Source of the DNA: Yuukianura sp. NJ FZ-2021
Taxonomy: Eukaryota
DNA length: 64,000 nt
NCBI GenBank assembly: GCA_046563655.1
Contig: CM102290.1
Coordinates: forward strand, 11,780,001 to 11,844,000
Direction: 5' to 3'
Shown here: piece after piece, positions 23,654 through 37,687 of the stretch
How the letters are laid out: every line of letters starts with the position of its first letter
Numbering within the stretch: the first letter of the stretch is position 1
Position numbers and translations under genes: made by a program
Notes under the pieces: model-generated
Databases searched by the model: none
Told to the model about the DNA's origin: nothing
Seen by the model: only the letters and a program-made list of their open reading frames with translations

Positions 23654-25670
23654 ACTGTGTGATCAATTCGTAAACACGTTTGTTTACGTTTATGTTACAA
23701 TGCTAAAAAGCTGAGCTGTCAAAATTCGGTAATTTGATCCAGAAGAATCCAAACTATCTGTTAGATCGGAAAACCATGATGTTTGGTGTATCAGAGTAGA
23801 AACAAAACAACTTCCGTGAGAGTAACTATAATTAGTCTGTGATATTTTTAATCACAGTTCGTTGAACGATAACTAACTTGACTTTGAATGAACACAAAAC
23901 TAAAGTAATTTGATAAGTCTGATGTCCTTAGCAGCAGCGATATAGAATTGACATAGCAGCACCAGCAGGTATATAAAATTGACTGGAATCGTACTAATCC
24001 TTAGCACAGAGATCTTAAATTGACACTTTGAGCAGTTCGGAATGAAGTTGTCCTCCAGTATCAGATCTTCATAGTGAGCACAAGGTTATCTTACGTCCTA
24101 AGTGACGGAGTCGATAACTCAAGGATTCACAGAGAGCACGAACTGTTGTCGCTCAACTTAAAAACAATGAAATCCTCTCGTCTGTGGTAATTGGCAAAAA
24201 ATTGGCGAATCGTTGCATGCAACCCCTGCCCCTAGTCCGTAGTCCATAAATGATAAACCTGTCAAACCCTCAACGCCTCACCAACAACACTAAAAACATG
24301 GTTTGGTAATTATACTACCTACCATATGAAGTACTTGCAGTACTGGTAACTTTATTGCACTGTAATATCTCAAGATATGCTGATTAAGAGTACCTAACTC
24401 TTAAAATAATCAGTATAAGCAAGTCAACAACCTTAAAACTTGATCTTGTGTGAGACTTGTTTTTGTTTATTCGACTGCCTGATGTGGTTTCTGCCAATTT
24501 TGTTTTGAAGGTTCTTCTGGCTGAAGACAGTGAAGGATAGGTTTGCGTTTGTATTAGGGTTGTGTTTGGTACTTTAGTATGCACGTTTTTGGTAAAACAT
24601 GGAAACTTTTGACACAACATCTTTCCATATGGAAGCAGAAACACAGTTTTTTCCACAAAATCGGAAATCGATTTGAAATTGGGTTGACATTTACAATAAA
24701 AGTCCATGAAAACGTTATAACTTGCAGTGACCTTGAATTCATAAAAAAAAAAATTCAACTCAAAATACCATCCAAACTATAGCATTTTCCGACTATTCCA
24801 TGGTCACATTAATCGCAATTAATTTCTTGGATATTAATCTATAGACTAGAAAGTGTATAGTGTGATGTAATTTAAGTATTACGTCAAACCGATTGTTCTA
24901 AATATTAATTTAGCCTTCGCTATCTTTCAAAGCGCAATCATTATGGTTTATTTGGAAATCATGGAAATTTTAATACGTGTAAGGCATTAATAGTTTGTAG
25001 CATGCAATTTGAAATTTTTTGATTACGATACGACTTTCATATTTAAACGTCAGATTTTGATTTTTAGTAAAGTTTGCTAACGTCAGATACAATTAAATCA
25101 ACAATTACACATGTAGACCACAACTAGGACACAGAGTGTTACCTGGTCCAATGTGAATTCAAGTTTAACTGATGAAATTTTACACTTGAAGAACCCTAAA
25201 CAATGAACGACGATAATAGATGAACTTTGTGTGATGGTGGCGTATCTATCAGTGCAGTCTAAATTTTTAACTGAAAACGATATTTCATAGACTTACGATA
25301 TTTTGCTACTGAAATTCCATTTGCCTGTGAAGCCATAGTTTTAGAAGACGAAGATTCACCACGTCTATAGCCAGAACTTTAGATGTTGTTGCCAAAAGTA
25401 ACTCGAATTTGCACGTTTTGCCAAATTGATGCCTTAAGAAGGTCAAGTAGGTGGAGATTAATCACAAGAAACTAAAATTAGAAACAAGCAGGCACTGCAT
25501 TACAGGAACAATTGATTTTACAATGTCGTTTGCAGAAACTCCCGAGTCACGGTTCACTTATGTCCTTGTCGAGTCGAAATGCTCAAAATACGTCAATTTT
25601 CACTTTCGACTGTTTTAGCACAACTCATTATTCACAGCTTGTTAAAATTTAATGCCAACCTAACGATTCA

Positions 25671-25683
25671 AGGTCAATGACCT
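25671..25683. promoter_or_regulatory. Perfect IR1 palindrome (canonical ecdysone-response-element geometry)
   Basis: AGGTCA-A-TGACCT, embedded in TCAAGGTCAATGACCTTCA, in the divergent SphK/MED15 intergenic region. Function is inferred only. Confidence 0.4.
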
Positions 25684-27061
25684 TCAACCTCAAAGTTCAA
25701 AGTGACTTCTGCTTCACCAACGAGTACAGCTTGAATAGTACTAACCACACTGATACAGAATTAGTAATTTAGGAATAACTTGATGACAATGTCAGTGTCA
25801 CGGAAATTCCTACTTTTTGCACTAGGCACATCACGAGTTACGCTTACGACTAAAGAGTTATGCAAAATCTATAATGGACGTCAAAATTTTTTCTCCTTGC
25901 TAAAATGAGCACTTTTATGAAATGTGGTTACGCAGAAATGCTTTTGTCGATTGTGAAGAGGCACCGGATAATTAATCAAGTGTTAGTTAATTAAAGATTA
26001 CATGAAGTGAGGTTTAGGTGGTTAGGAGGTAAGTGGTTTTTAACTAGGAACCAAAAGTAGACTAAATTTCGTTTATGTTTAGCAAGTACTAAAACTAAAT
26101 CGAGAGTAATCGTGAATTAGGATTAACGCGTAATAACCATGACTCTATGTTTTTCCGCTTACATTGCAATTTGCAATTTATACGCAATTCATAAGATTGA
26201 GTAATCAAAAGAAGGTTATGTTTTCCGTTTAACATCTTTTAGTTGTCAAATTGTGACCTGAAAATACTTCATAAAACGTACATGTTTAAAGCACTTTGTA
26301 AACTATATTAACATTAAGAAATCATATCAAAGTTTTGTTTAAGCAGTAGTGAAAAATGAGCATTTTTATAAACGGCGTGCTGAAAATTATGGTAACGATG
26401 AAGCGCAAGGGTTTTCACGTTAATTTGACGTTTTAACGGCCTGATATTAAGTTACAATTTGCTTGCTTTGACTTTAAACTTTTAGGTAGTTTGCTTTTAC
26501 TAAAGAAATAACGTCAGACTGATAAAATTATTAGGTTATTAGGTACATGTTAAGAAATTAACATAAACAAAAACGAAAATGCTACTGCTGTAAAAAACAA
26601 GCTTTTCAGCGCCAAAATTTGAACTTTGAGTATAAATTTTTCTTTCGAATTTCTTCAATTCGAACAATCTCAAAAGTTTCGAAGCACTTTTTTTTCAGAT
26701 CCTTGTGTCATAGGCATGTCAATCTGAAATTTCAACCTCCACTCCAGACTCCACTTGTCAATTTGTAAAACTCTGCAGCATTTATATAAGTACTTATTCT
26801 AATCTAATCAATTGAGTTATTTTTTAAGTAAAAGTGTGCACTGGTGTCAGAATGATTCACATTGTCACTGTCGACAACACACATTAGCACTTCCTTAAGG
26901 TTCGAACGCTTACTAATATTGACCGAAGTTCAATCATTGAACTTAAGTTATGTTACTGAATAGTTTAGAGAAATAGATTAGGTTATTAAAGTTTTGTTTC
27001 TTCCAGGTATTCTGGCAATAATTGACTGGTTGACACTCGTAATCAACAAATCAGCGAAGCA

Positions 27062-30000
27062 ATGAACGTTCAAACGGGAAATACGATGATGACATCTGCG
27101 TCCGTCACTGATGATACATGGAAGACACCTAACTTTCGTCAAAACATGGTCACTAAAATGTAAGTTTTGTTATCCACCATGTACCTCACAAAAGTATGTC
27201 GAGATACCGCTTTTTACTTTACGGACTACCTAAATACTAATCGGGTTTTCGTTATCTTCTCCAGTGACGAAGCCATTCTGCTTTGTGGTTCTCCCACTTC
27301 CAAAAATGCTGTAGAAATGGAGGGCCAAGTATTTTCCAAAGCTAAAAGCAAGGTTAGTTTCCGCAAAAACGAATCTAGCCTGTGATCGCTTAAATGAATT
27401 ATATCTATTATTACTTTTGTTGTTTAGGACGAATATCTTGGGTTTGTGGCTCGATTGATAATACATATTAAGGACATGAAGAACAAAGCAGCTGGAGTTG
27501 TAACGCAACAAAATGTACTACAACAGCAAGGTTCGTAAATGTAACACGTTTGTAATGAATATTCAAGAAATCTGTGATTGTATCACAGACTCAGATTTAG
27601 CATCCTACAGATTCAAAAGTTTAAACGATCTCCTTGTTTACAGGTCAGCAAGGTCATGTTCCTGTGGGGCAAATGATGGGAGTTCAAAATAACATGCAGA
27701 TGATGAACCAAATTAATCCAATGTCCAACAACGTTGGAATGGGAGGATTGAATTCCATGATGACACCGCAACAAAATTACGGAATCCAAGTTCAACAGGG
27801 CCAAATGCAGGGAGGTCAAGGGCAGATGATGCAAGGCAATGCTCAGCTGCAGCAACAACTTCAGCTACAGCAACAACAACAGCATCAAATGCAGCAGCAG
27901 CAACAATCCAATACCCAACAGGTTCAAATGATGAACCAGCAGAATTCGTTTTTACAGCAGCAACAGCAACAGCAAATTCAAAACGCTCAACAAATGCATA
28001 ATCAGCAACAGCAGCAAGGGGTCCAGAATGCCCAAATGCAGCAGAACCCACAGCTCCAGGCACATCATATGCAAGGCATGATGTCGTCCCCAGGTCCACA
28101 ACAACCAAGTACGTTTTCAAGATTTTACCAAAATCTTCCCAAGATTTTACGAATTTTGAACGTAGTTTGACTTATTGTGGTTGGTTGGTATGGTTTGTAG
28201 TGATGGTAGGAAGAGGAGGCATGGCTAACCCTCAACAGATGATGGCGAATCGACAGATGATGCTGCCACAACAAAATATGGCTAACCAATTAACAAGAAT
28301 GGCTCAACAACGAAGTGTAAGTTGATAAATTTTCAATCTAAAATTGTCCATGTTTCCCCTAACTTTACCTCTTGTGGATTCTCGGCATGGATGGATTTTT
28401 GATTTTTGAATTTTTGATTGACAATCACTTTTTCCAATTACTCTTACCAGGTAGACGGGTTACACACAAGTTATAGTCCCGGCGGAGGACCGATCCAGCG
28501 ACCAATGACTCCAAATCAGTTCATGTCTCCCAATTCACAGCAAGGGATGGGAATGGGTGCAAGTCCGTCGCCACAAGCTATGGGCCCTGGGTAACATTTA
28601 CTTCGAATTTGATTACTCGTTTTAGTATTTGTGAAAATACTGGTAGTAGTTTGTGTTACTAATAAACCTAATTCAATCGTTTTGTTTCTTGTAGTCCGGC
28701 GCCCCCTTACGGTAGTTCTCCGGCAAGCGCTGTTGCTGGAGGAATGATTCATAGTCCAGCAACAGCCACTGGACTGAGGCCTTGTAAGACTAACTTTTTC
28801 GTGAGGATATGTTTTCTTTAAAACAGCGAAGATGTCACTGGATTCGTTTTCTTTTCTGTGTTAGACATGGTGCCTTCGCCTGGATCTTCACTGAATACAC
28901 CAATGATGGTTGCCCCTACTCCCAGTCCTAGAAATTCCGAAGACATTGCATGTATGGAGAAGATTCGAGAACTTCGCAAGTACACTGACCTTCTGCAGAA
29001 GATGCTCGCCAAAATTGGAAACGATGGTAAGTATTTTAGCACACAAATCAACAATTTGAAAATGTATTCCGACACGGAAGCGAGTTCTGAATCTCTGTTT
29101 CATTCAGATTCGGAGAAATCAAGCAAAATGAAGAAGTTGCTGGACATCCTTACCAATCCACGGTCCAGCGTGTCCATGGACCTGCTTATCAAGTGTGAAG
29201 CTGCACTCAAGAAGATGGAGAGGGTAATACCGTTTCACCAGCTTATCCAAAAGTGTTACATTTTCAATTCAATTATTAATTCGTTTTTTGTGGATTTTAG
29301 ACGGACGCAGGTCCGGGATCCGTACCACAACAAACTCCAGGGAAGGACCAGACGTCTCCGTTTACTCAATTCTTTGAGTCGGTCCAAACAATGAACAAAG
29401 TACCGTCTGCCGGTCATACCTGGAAACGAACTATTCAGCCAGCCATGGACGCCTTCTTTGGTCACTCCTTTTTGTAAGCTGATTTTTAACTTAACTTAAC
29501 GACAAATGCTGACCTTAATGTTTTGGAATGAACTCCAAATTGCTAGATTTGAAGAGATTCGAACAGAAGACGAGAGTGATGATACGGATGATGACGAAGG
29601 ACCGTCTCCCTGGGTACTTCACAAAGAAATACAACTACTTAATTCAATCAAGTTCAAGGTTAGAGCAACTAAAATTCAATGCTAACAATAAATAGGTTGT
29701 TAACATTTAACATGCTAACTATATTTGAACTTTGTCTTAGGTGAAATTCGACTCTGAAACGGGAAAACTGCATTGTATCTTGCTTGACCGTAATTTGCCA
29801 ACGGTTCCTCCACTTCGAATCCAAGTATCACCGGAGTATCCAGATATAAACCCAAGAATAGTCGGATTAGTGAAAGATTACAGTAAGTACTAAAGTACTG
29901 GCAGCACATCTTGAAATTGTGAAGGTCATAGTTAAATTGATACTAAAGTGGCTGTTATGAATGTATTTCCTTTTTTTTCTGTAGGTTCGACAAAACTTTT

Positions 30001-30223
30001 GAGGTCAATTGCTCAAGGACTCAAAAGCAGGATGCTCAACTTTTCCGAAAAGTTTACCGTAACGGAAGTACTAAATAACTGGGAAATGAGCATACGACAA
30101 GTTGCTACTGGGAATCCAAGAAAACTTGGATTCAAGCTGAAAGATGTCGGAAGAAAAGCAACTGCCACTGCATTAGTAAGCAGCGGAGAAGGCCATACTG
30201 GAGCAGTAGCTGAGGTAAGATGA
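27062..30223 (+). CDS. MED15: Mediator subunit 15 (KIX domain, Gln-rich middle, MED15 C-terminal domain), ~680 aa, 13 exons
   Basis: Exons 27062-27159, 27265-27352, 27428-27530, 27644-28108, 28201-28316, 28451-28590, 28695-28783, 28865-29026, 29108-29223, 29301-29473, 29547-29658, 29741-29882, 29985-30223, phase-consistent. KIX DTWKTPNFRQNMVTKIDEAI...EMEGQVFSKAKSKDEYLGFVARLIIH, polyQ, EKIRELRKY, KMKKLLDILTNP...LIKCE, LPTVPPLRI..EYP, VLNNWEMSIRQ. AATAAA at 30283. Confidence 0.95.
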
Positions 30224-30455
30224 AAAAAAAAAGTTGATCTTATGATTTTAATTTTCACTTTTTAAAGTTTTTACGCAACCGCAATAAACAGAAAACAGTC
30301 AAACCCAGGCATATTAAATTTTCAAATTTGAAAAGTCGGAAATTTTGACTTCCAGTTGAGCTTTTTTAATTGTTATTATCACGTCAAAAGTTTTCCCTCG
30401 CAGAATTAAGCTGTTATTTAAAAATTCCGTCGTTTCGAACATGTCTGATTGCCGT

Positions 30456-32319
30456 TTAGATTTTCTTAACGATTTGAACGACGTCTTCATCGGCAACTAC
30501 ATGTTCCTTACCAACTTTTTGTGGTTGATGCTTCACAGAAGACCCCCATACCAAAGCGTACTTGAACTCCTTGATGATGGATCGATGGAGTTTATTACAA
30601 AAGTCTTCCATGGAGCAGTGATCAGATGACAGGACAACGGGAGAGTTGTAGTCTGGAAGTTGACCTTTGGGTTTCGTGTACACTCGGACCAGTTTCAAAT
30701 ACTCCCACATCTTCTCCAGTAAATCGTCAAAGTTCCATTTATGATGAGCGGATATGGGAACACAATGGGGAATCTTGTAAATTACGTCCAGTTCTTCGAT
30801 GCTGATTTGATCAATCTTGTTCAGAAGGTAGATGCAGGGGACGTAGACACGGTTGCCCTCGACAACGTCAATCAAGTCATCGGCGTTTGCGTCGTAGCGA
30901 AGAGTGATGTCCGCATTGTGTATCTTGTACTCGCCTAAAATTGTCCGTACTGTGTCTAAATCCAGTTCTGATTGAGTCACCTGTAAACAGTTCATGATTT
31001 TAAAAAAATGTAACCTTTAAAACAAAAATGTAATTTTAAAACAAGTACAAATCAGATAAAGTATAATATAATGTTATTAATTAAGAAGTAAATTAAGACA
31101 GAAAGTAATTTGACTTGGAAGGTTTGAATCTTTCGAATGCTTGATGTACAAAATAACTGAATAACTTAAATTAAGTTTATCGTAGCATGTGGCAGTTATG
31201 GCGTTTGAATTACGATTGTACGATACGAAGAACTTATTAAACCGGAAACATTCATACCGACTTAATTACTTTGGACTTACCATTGTTTGGAGATTGATTC
31301 CACCTTTCTCTTTTTTCCGGAATACGATGTTTGGTGGCTGCTTGTTTAGACGCAGGCTGTAATTAGTACAGGGAAATTGGTTAACACTAATTGTTTATAG
31401 AATTGTAAGATATTCGATAACAATTGGATAAAATTTTGGATAAGTTACCCGAATCCTTCCAGTTCTTTCTCAATGAGTCTCTTATGGACAAGTGGTTTGA
31501 GTACATCCAACACGATAAAAATTAAGCTGCAAGTTCGTGCCACAGCAATAACTTGTCTTCCTCGACCTTTTCCGTCCTTGGCACCCTCAATAATTCCAGG
31601 AAGATCCAGTAACTGCCAAAAACACAATGCACAAGTTAGATCAAAAATTGTTGCTAAACTTAGGGCAATTGATTGGTTAACTGTTACGATTACTTTCTTT
31701 CCTGCCATACCTGGATTTTAGCTCCCTTGTACTTGATACATCCTGGAACAGTTGTCAATGTTCTGTAATAAAATATCCGAGCTTCAGATATAAAAATACA
31801 ACAGAACTTTTAAACCTTCGTTTCTCGTTGATTAGGCTAAAAAAGGTTCAGATGATACTGAATGATGAAGGATTTACGTGAATTCATAGGCTGCAACTTC
31901 GGAATAGACGCCGGCTAAGTTACTCAGCAGCGTAGATTTCCCAACAGAAGGAAACCCTAGGCATAATAAAAAATATTCGTTTAAGGCTTGACACGAGATT
32001 TCAATTGCGTATTAGGTCAAAACTTACCAACAAAACCAATACGAGCATCTCCAGTCTTAGCAACGTCAAAACCATCTCCTGCTACGGCGCCACCTCCTTT
32101 CGGAGTAATCAGTTCTCGCCGGAGTTTGGCAAGTCTGGCCTTCAGTAACCCCAAGTGACCCGCTGTCGCTTTGTTCTTCTGCGTCCGGGCCATCTAGAAG
32201 CATTATTAAAATTGTTAAAAGAAAAAATTCTCTGGAAAGTTTATTTTGGTTAAACTAATCTTCGTTCAACCAATTACCTCTGCCTCGATTTGAGCAATCT
32301 TTTCCAGTATCGTACTCAT
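30456..32319 (-). CDS. DRG1: Developmentally regulated GTP-binding protein 1 (128up-like, OBG family), 367 aa, 7 exons
   Basis: Minus exons 32278-32319, 32028-32193, 31878-31956, 31711-31762, 31449-31612, 31281-31356, 30456-30980. [25 protein letters not shown]1 [10 protein letters not shown]2 YEFTT, G3 DLPG, G4 NKID, TGS domain ending [11 protein letters not shown]. Confidence 0.98.
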
Positions 32320-33239
32320 GATGCTCCGTTAGTGGGGGGTTTGTTTCAGTGGCTACTCGTTTGCAGTACTATTTACTGGCGTCAGACGGACCTTTTCCAA
32401 TCTCCAATGCAACTTCTCGGTTAGCCCACGTCGGCACTAAAATCCAGAAAATACATGAAATTATTAATTGCGTCGTACAAAAATGTCAACTTGTCACTAG
32501 CAATAACTTTCGACAGCCCGTAACTTTTACAGTAGCATTCAATTCAGTTAACAATGTTAACTTGACATTTACTTTTACATCACTTGGTCCATACAAATGA
32601 TGCATATGGAGAAACAGGTATGTAAAAATTGTAAAAATTACCAGTATTCGACACCAAACGCGGCCAGTAGTGTGTGTAGCAGATAATCAACAACTTCTGA
32701 ATTCCGAATTTTCAAGTGACCTTTTGACCTGACCTGTGTATTTACTTCGTGAAGTTCAAAGAAGAAAGTGGAGCCCTTCGATTCATGCGGTTTGTAAGTG
32801 GAGAATTTTAAACAGTTCGCGGCTGACTCCGTTGAAGAAGTACATGAGAATCAAAACTGCAAATTATTAATAAATTACACTAAATAATCATTAATCAGTA
32901 TAAATTAAGGTAAATTAAAACAGAAAACTCAATCCAAAACATTGCAAACTCCAGTCGTTCATCGATTTCTCTCGTGTTTAAATGATAATATACAACTAAA
33001 GGAATTATAAAATTCAAATAAACTTTTTAATTCATCAACACTTAAATTATTAATTAGAAGTTAATATCACAATTATCAGACGTTCTTCCCCGCTAATTCG
33101 TTGTGATAATCAGCTCCGCAAGTATTACTACTAATCATGTGTCAACAGAAATTAAGATTGATCATTTTGAATAGTAATTAGTAGTTCCAATGTTTTCTTG
33201 TAAAACGGATCAAACCGGAAGCTTCTGGTGACCTCAATG

Positions 33240-34326
33240 TTATTGACATGTAGGCGTTACGTCATCCCGTCCCGAGTCTTCTGACTCGAAAATTTCTCCT
33301 GGTGGCATTGGAGGTCCATCCTAAGATCAATTTTTCATAATTATTCTTAGGAATTTAAATTGTAATTTTCCGTAAGTTTTACCCAGTCCATTCCTCTGAG
33401 TGGATACAGTTGCATCAAAAGTTTCTGAGAAATCATTCTCTTGAGCTGCTTCTTGTTCGTCATAGCTTTCATTTCAACTTGAATTATGTTACCGTCGTTT
33501 TCGTCCTTGACACTACATGCCATTGTGAACGTCGGTTGATGTGATGGCGGTTTGGTATGCAAAAGCTGCTCAGAGAAATGTAAGTTAGTATGTTAGTTTC
33601 TCCTTATGTTTGCGAGTAGAACGACAGAAATTAAAATAAAGTTTACCACAAACTCCGGCTGCTCAAAATTCTTTTCATCAGCAAACATCTTCAACTTCAA
33701 GATCCATTTCTCCGCTGCTTCCGTTTCGTTTCCAGTCGAATCCCCCGAACATTGAGTTCGTAGGCCAGCATCCGGAGCAACAAAAGTGGATCCCACCAGG
33801 CGACTAAACTTGTCACCTTCAAGTTGCCATTTCATATGGTTTCCGGAAGTATTAGCCGTTTCAATCCAGGCAGGTCCAATCCCGATATAATTGAACGCAG
33901 TGATCTGCAAATATTTATAGGAGTTGATTCATACTACTGATAGCCAAAACATTAAACTTTCCTTACAGCGGCGGAGTGTTGAGCAGCCTTCTTTCCCGAA
34001 CCGGGAGGTCCAGTGACTAGAAAACAAAAATCCAGAGTACATAGTTATAGTTCATAACCTATTAATACTTGCTGATTAACTCAATTAACTATTTGATTAA
34101 TTTCTTAATTAGTGTTATTGGTACCCGAAAACTGGTTCCCGTTTTCCAAAAACAAGAACGTGATGGTGCATGTAAACAACTGGCTGTTGTTAGGCCCAGA
34201 TACTGTAAACACTGGTCTCGGCAGTATTTTATTATGGCTTAAAACCTCTGTCAGAAGGGCATATGGAGTTCTACCTCCGATCAACAGCGTGTCAGGCGCG
34301 AAACTGTCCTCGGCAGTAGGATCCAT
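33240..34326 (-). CDS. Small protein with two divergent double-stranded RNA-binding domains, ~257 aa, 5 coding exons
   Basis: Minus exons 34125-34326, 33967-34016, 33647-33904, 33383-33565, 33240-33320, all GT-AG and phase-consistent. dsRBD1: TPYALLTEV...PRPVF..GPNNSQLFTCTI...GSGKKAAQHSAA. dsRBD2: WILKLKMFADEKNFEQPEF...PPSHQPTFTMAC...NKKQLKRMISQKLLMQL. Likely 5' UTR exons at 34443-34500 and above 34574, so the start Met is an inference. Confidence 0.8.
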
Positions 34327-35307
34327 TACTGTCTTCGATTCAATCAAAATGCCTAAATCAAAATTCACAAAAACGTTGTAAATATCATCATGCCACTTAT
34401 TTACAAAAATTTTAAATTAATCGTGATATATGAGGAACGTACTTCTCCAAGAACAAGTCCAAGAATGAGAACAGCTACGGGAAACCTGAAATGCCGAATC
34501 CTAACAAGTAAAGTTTATATATAGTGACCGACGAGCCGTCCAAGAGTATATTAAGTTATTAAATGCAACTTACAGTTTACAACGGCTAGTTGATGACTAA
34601 TTGCATCTGAAGTGGACTTGTCTTAACAAAAAATTTAGGAGTGGAGGGTGAAATGTTATCCTGTCGTTTGTATTATTTTAACACAATTGAACCGAGTGAG
34701 TCATCAACTTCCAGTCTCCCGTGTAATGAACAAGCATGCGAGGAGAGACTGTGGGTTTGATTGATGAATTAATCGTGCGGATCATATGACTTGTCGTTGT
34801 CCTTGTCCTTTTAGAGTTTTCTGGAAGAAGCAAACAGTCGTCTGACCACAAATTACTGAAGAAATTGTTTTTGTGACACAAGGACGAAGGACGTGGATCA
34901 GCATAGATGGCGGTAAAAAATTTAGGCTTCTCGTGTCATCGTCCTCTTTGATGTGTTAATCAGTTGTGAATTATCTAATTCAAACAAAACAAAAACAACA
35001 ATGTAGAAGTAATCAATGAGCTACGATATGTTATAAGAATGTCATGCCATGTCGCAAGAAGATGTCACATTTCCACGTTGTCACTAAAATAACGCAAACG
35101 CTCTTGTGTTAACAAATTTTACCGCCATTACATCCGGTTCCGGAACCAAATCGGATGTCCCTTCGTTACCGATGAGTTGAATGCAGAGGGAAGGCCAATG
35201 AATGTATAGATAGTAGTACCGCTTGACGAATTAATTGAATCAGTCTTCAATTAGTAGTTGAACGATTAATGGAAGATCACGATTACATATAAGCAGGAAC
35301 ACGAATC

Positions 35308-35330
35308 CTCTCTCTCTCTCTCTTCTCACT
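35308..35330. repeat. (CT)n microsatellite
   Basis: CTCTCTCTCTCTCTCTTCTCACT, between the dsRBD gene and WSB1. Confidence 0.8.
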
Positions 35331-37687
35331 CTTGTCCTTGTCTCACCACGTGCTTTCTGGAATTAAATCCAATGCACTAAAGAAATGCTGCATGAATGCG
35401 CGTTTTACAGCGTTACGACTATTTCGCCTTAAGCCCGCGGTTTTGTTAGACCCTGATATGCGAATTTACGCTTCCCGAATGTTACGTAATGACTACATTG
35501 ACTAATTGATAATTGATTAAAATGTTCAATAATGTATGTAGTACTGAAAGGCTACCGCAGTTGACATTAACTTCCAAAACGTCTAAAAAGTAGTTTTTTC
35601 CCTAATAAAAAGCGTAAAACGCCGTAAAAATTACTTTATGTCCAACTGATTCGTGGCGCTAGCTTCGTTAACCAACTTTGCAAAGTATTTTCAACCGAAA
35701 CTTGAACCTTTGCACCTTAATTAGTCATTCGCAATGGGAATTTGTTCTAAAAAAAGCTTCCAGAAACATTGTATTTTGTTGGTGGATGTCCTTGAATAGG
35801 TCAAGGGGGTGGGTGTCTGTCATCACTCATCAGCACCTCCTTGCGTGGTACTTATCGATCACTGGATCTCTGATTGCAACCAACGCATTTTTCTTATTCA
35901 CGGAAAAGTTCAAGACGATGACCTTTGGACTCTTGGAATCTCAAAGTGTCACTGTCACTTCTCAGTTTTCCAGCGTTGAATGACTTCTGGATATTCCCTA
36001 AGATAAAGTTGTTTTTGCAAATAATTCACACAAACAACTTGTGATTTATGAACGGTTTTAAAATTAAGGCGTGCTGGGTGGATGAACAAGTTTAAAAGAA
36101 AATTACTAATGAAGTTCAGCATTATTTCCAAAAACTTAATGCATGAGGTTTAGTTTAGTGTCAATGTCTCCAGTAACTGGAGTTCAGTTTGAGTTATGAG
36201 GTTTCTTGACCTTTGACATGCCACCGGGAGACAGACATTGACTCGATCAAAACAAGGACAAAGGTTGGTCACCAAGGAACTAAAATGACATTCATCACAA
36301 AATGTGCTTCATTCAAACGGAATCAGTGCATAGGTCACTTCATTTTCAACTTTAAAGTTAAATTCCTGTTCTAACTTATATCCGCAAGATCACAATTGTA
36401 ATAACAATTAAAAATTTTCCACCAAAATGTGTCTTTGGGCGTAATGGGTGATTTTGTTGAAAAATGCAATGCTTAAAACTAGCAATTTGGGAAATTGTAA
36501 ACATTAAAGTTTTTTTATAATGTATTTTTATATGTCCTGTTTGACTTTTATGTCAATGTGTATACATTGTTAGCATTACTTGATTAACGCCAAAGCCATA
36601 ACCATAAACATTACACTCAAATGGCTTTGTTGTTGTGCGAAAAACATGCGAAATCAAAAAACCAGTTTTTGCATGCACACAAGATTTGTCAAAGAAAATT
36701 GCAAAGTGACCCTACTGGTACTAAACATTTTGTACAAAAAGTGAGACGCTCTGCAAATCGTTCCGCAAATAAATGTCAATCAAAGTTAACTTTAATAAAC
36801 CACTTGATTAACTGTATTTAGTTCAAAAGTTGCACTTTTATAACGTACTTAACCTTTGGCTAAAGCCGTAATGTTCAGCGTGCATAATTTCACGTACTCC
36901 ACCCAGTTTGACGTTTCTGCACTTAACCTAACATGACCTTGCATTTGGTGCATACATGCACTACACGTTATGTCCTTAACACTTAATTGTCTTCTTATTT
37001 GCACAAAACGTATGAATTTCACACGTATCATGGAGTATCTAAGTTCCGGACTCACGTGAATTAATTTTATGAACATAAAAGTCCGTAGCGTCCCGTGACT
37101 CTTTGGCGTCAGTAAACGTTTGCTCATTACTAAATTTCTGATGCAATGCAATTGAATCTTCATTGCTAGGTCCAAACTAACCTTAACCAATTTTAGCCTA
37201 ACCTAACGTAATTCAACCTAGTAGTAGCCCATCCTTTGAATTGATGACCTTGACTAAATAGCACATGTATGAAAATTATGCTCAAATTAAGAAAATACTG
37301 GATTCATCTTATACTAAAGGTTTAGCAATGCTGAAACAATAGGCTATTTGGAAATTGCCAAGTTCTGGACGTCATCTCAATTTGTTTAACATAGGCTAAA
37401 GATCTTAAGTTAACTTTAGGTTATGGTTATGCCAAGGCAGTGACATTTCAGGTCACGCACTATAGTTATTCCATCGCGAAATTAGTCAGGTAGAGTTAAA
37501 TTATCTGAAATAACTTTAATTGTGCCATTAACGCGTCAAACGTACACTTTTAAATCTACATTTACTTATTAAATCTTTAATTTCACTTTTTAGTACATTA
37601 GCGCTACTAAAGTTTTCTGGAAGACTGACGAAGCCAGCCCGAGAAGCAGCGCTGTATGAGAGGCAGTGTAATAGCGGTATTCCCACA

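Noticed and set aside
30224..30455. Overlapping antisense 3' UTRs of convergent MED15 and DRG1
   Set aside because: Candidate poly(A) signals (AATAAA at 30283 on +, ATTAAA at 30365-30370 on -) predict termination before any overlap.
31763..31877. DRG1 intron 3 donor GTAAATCCTT as a U12-type intron
   Set aside because: Not the exact GTATCCTT consensus, and no TCCTTAAC branch point near the acceptor.
36707..36724. DPTGT as a tarsal-less/pri (LDPTGxY) smORF
   Set aside because: Lacks the L and the terminal Y-stop, is a single copy, and sits mid-ORF in a low-complexity patch.
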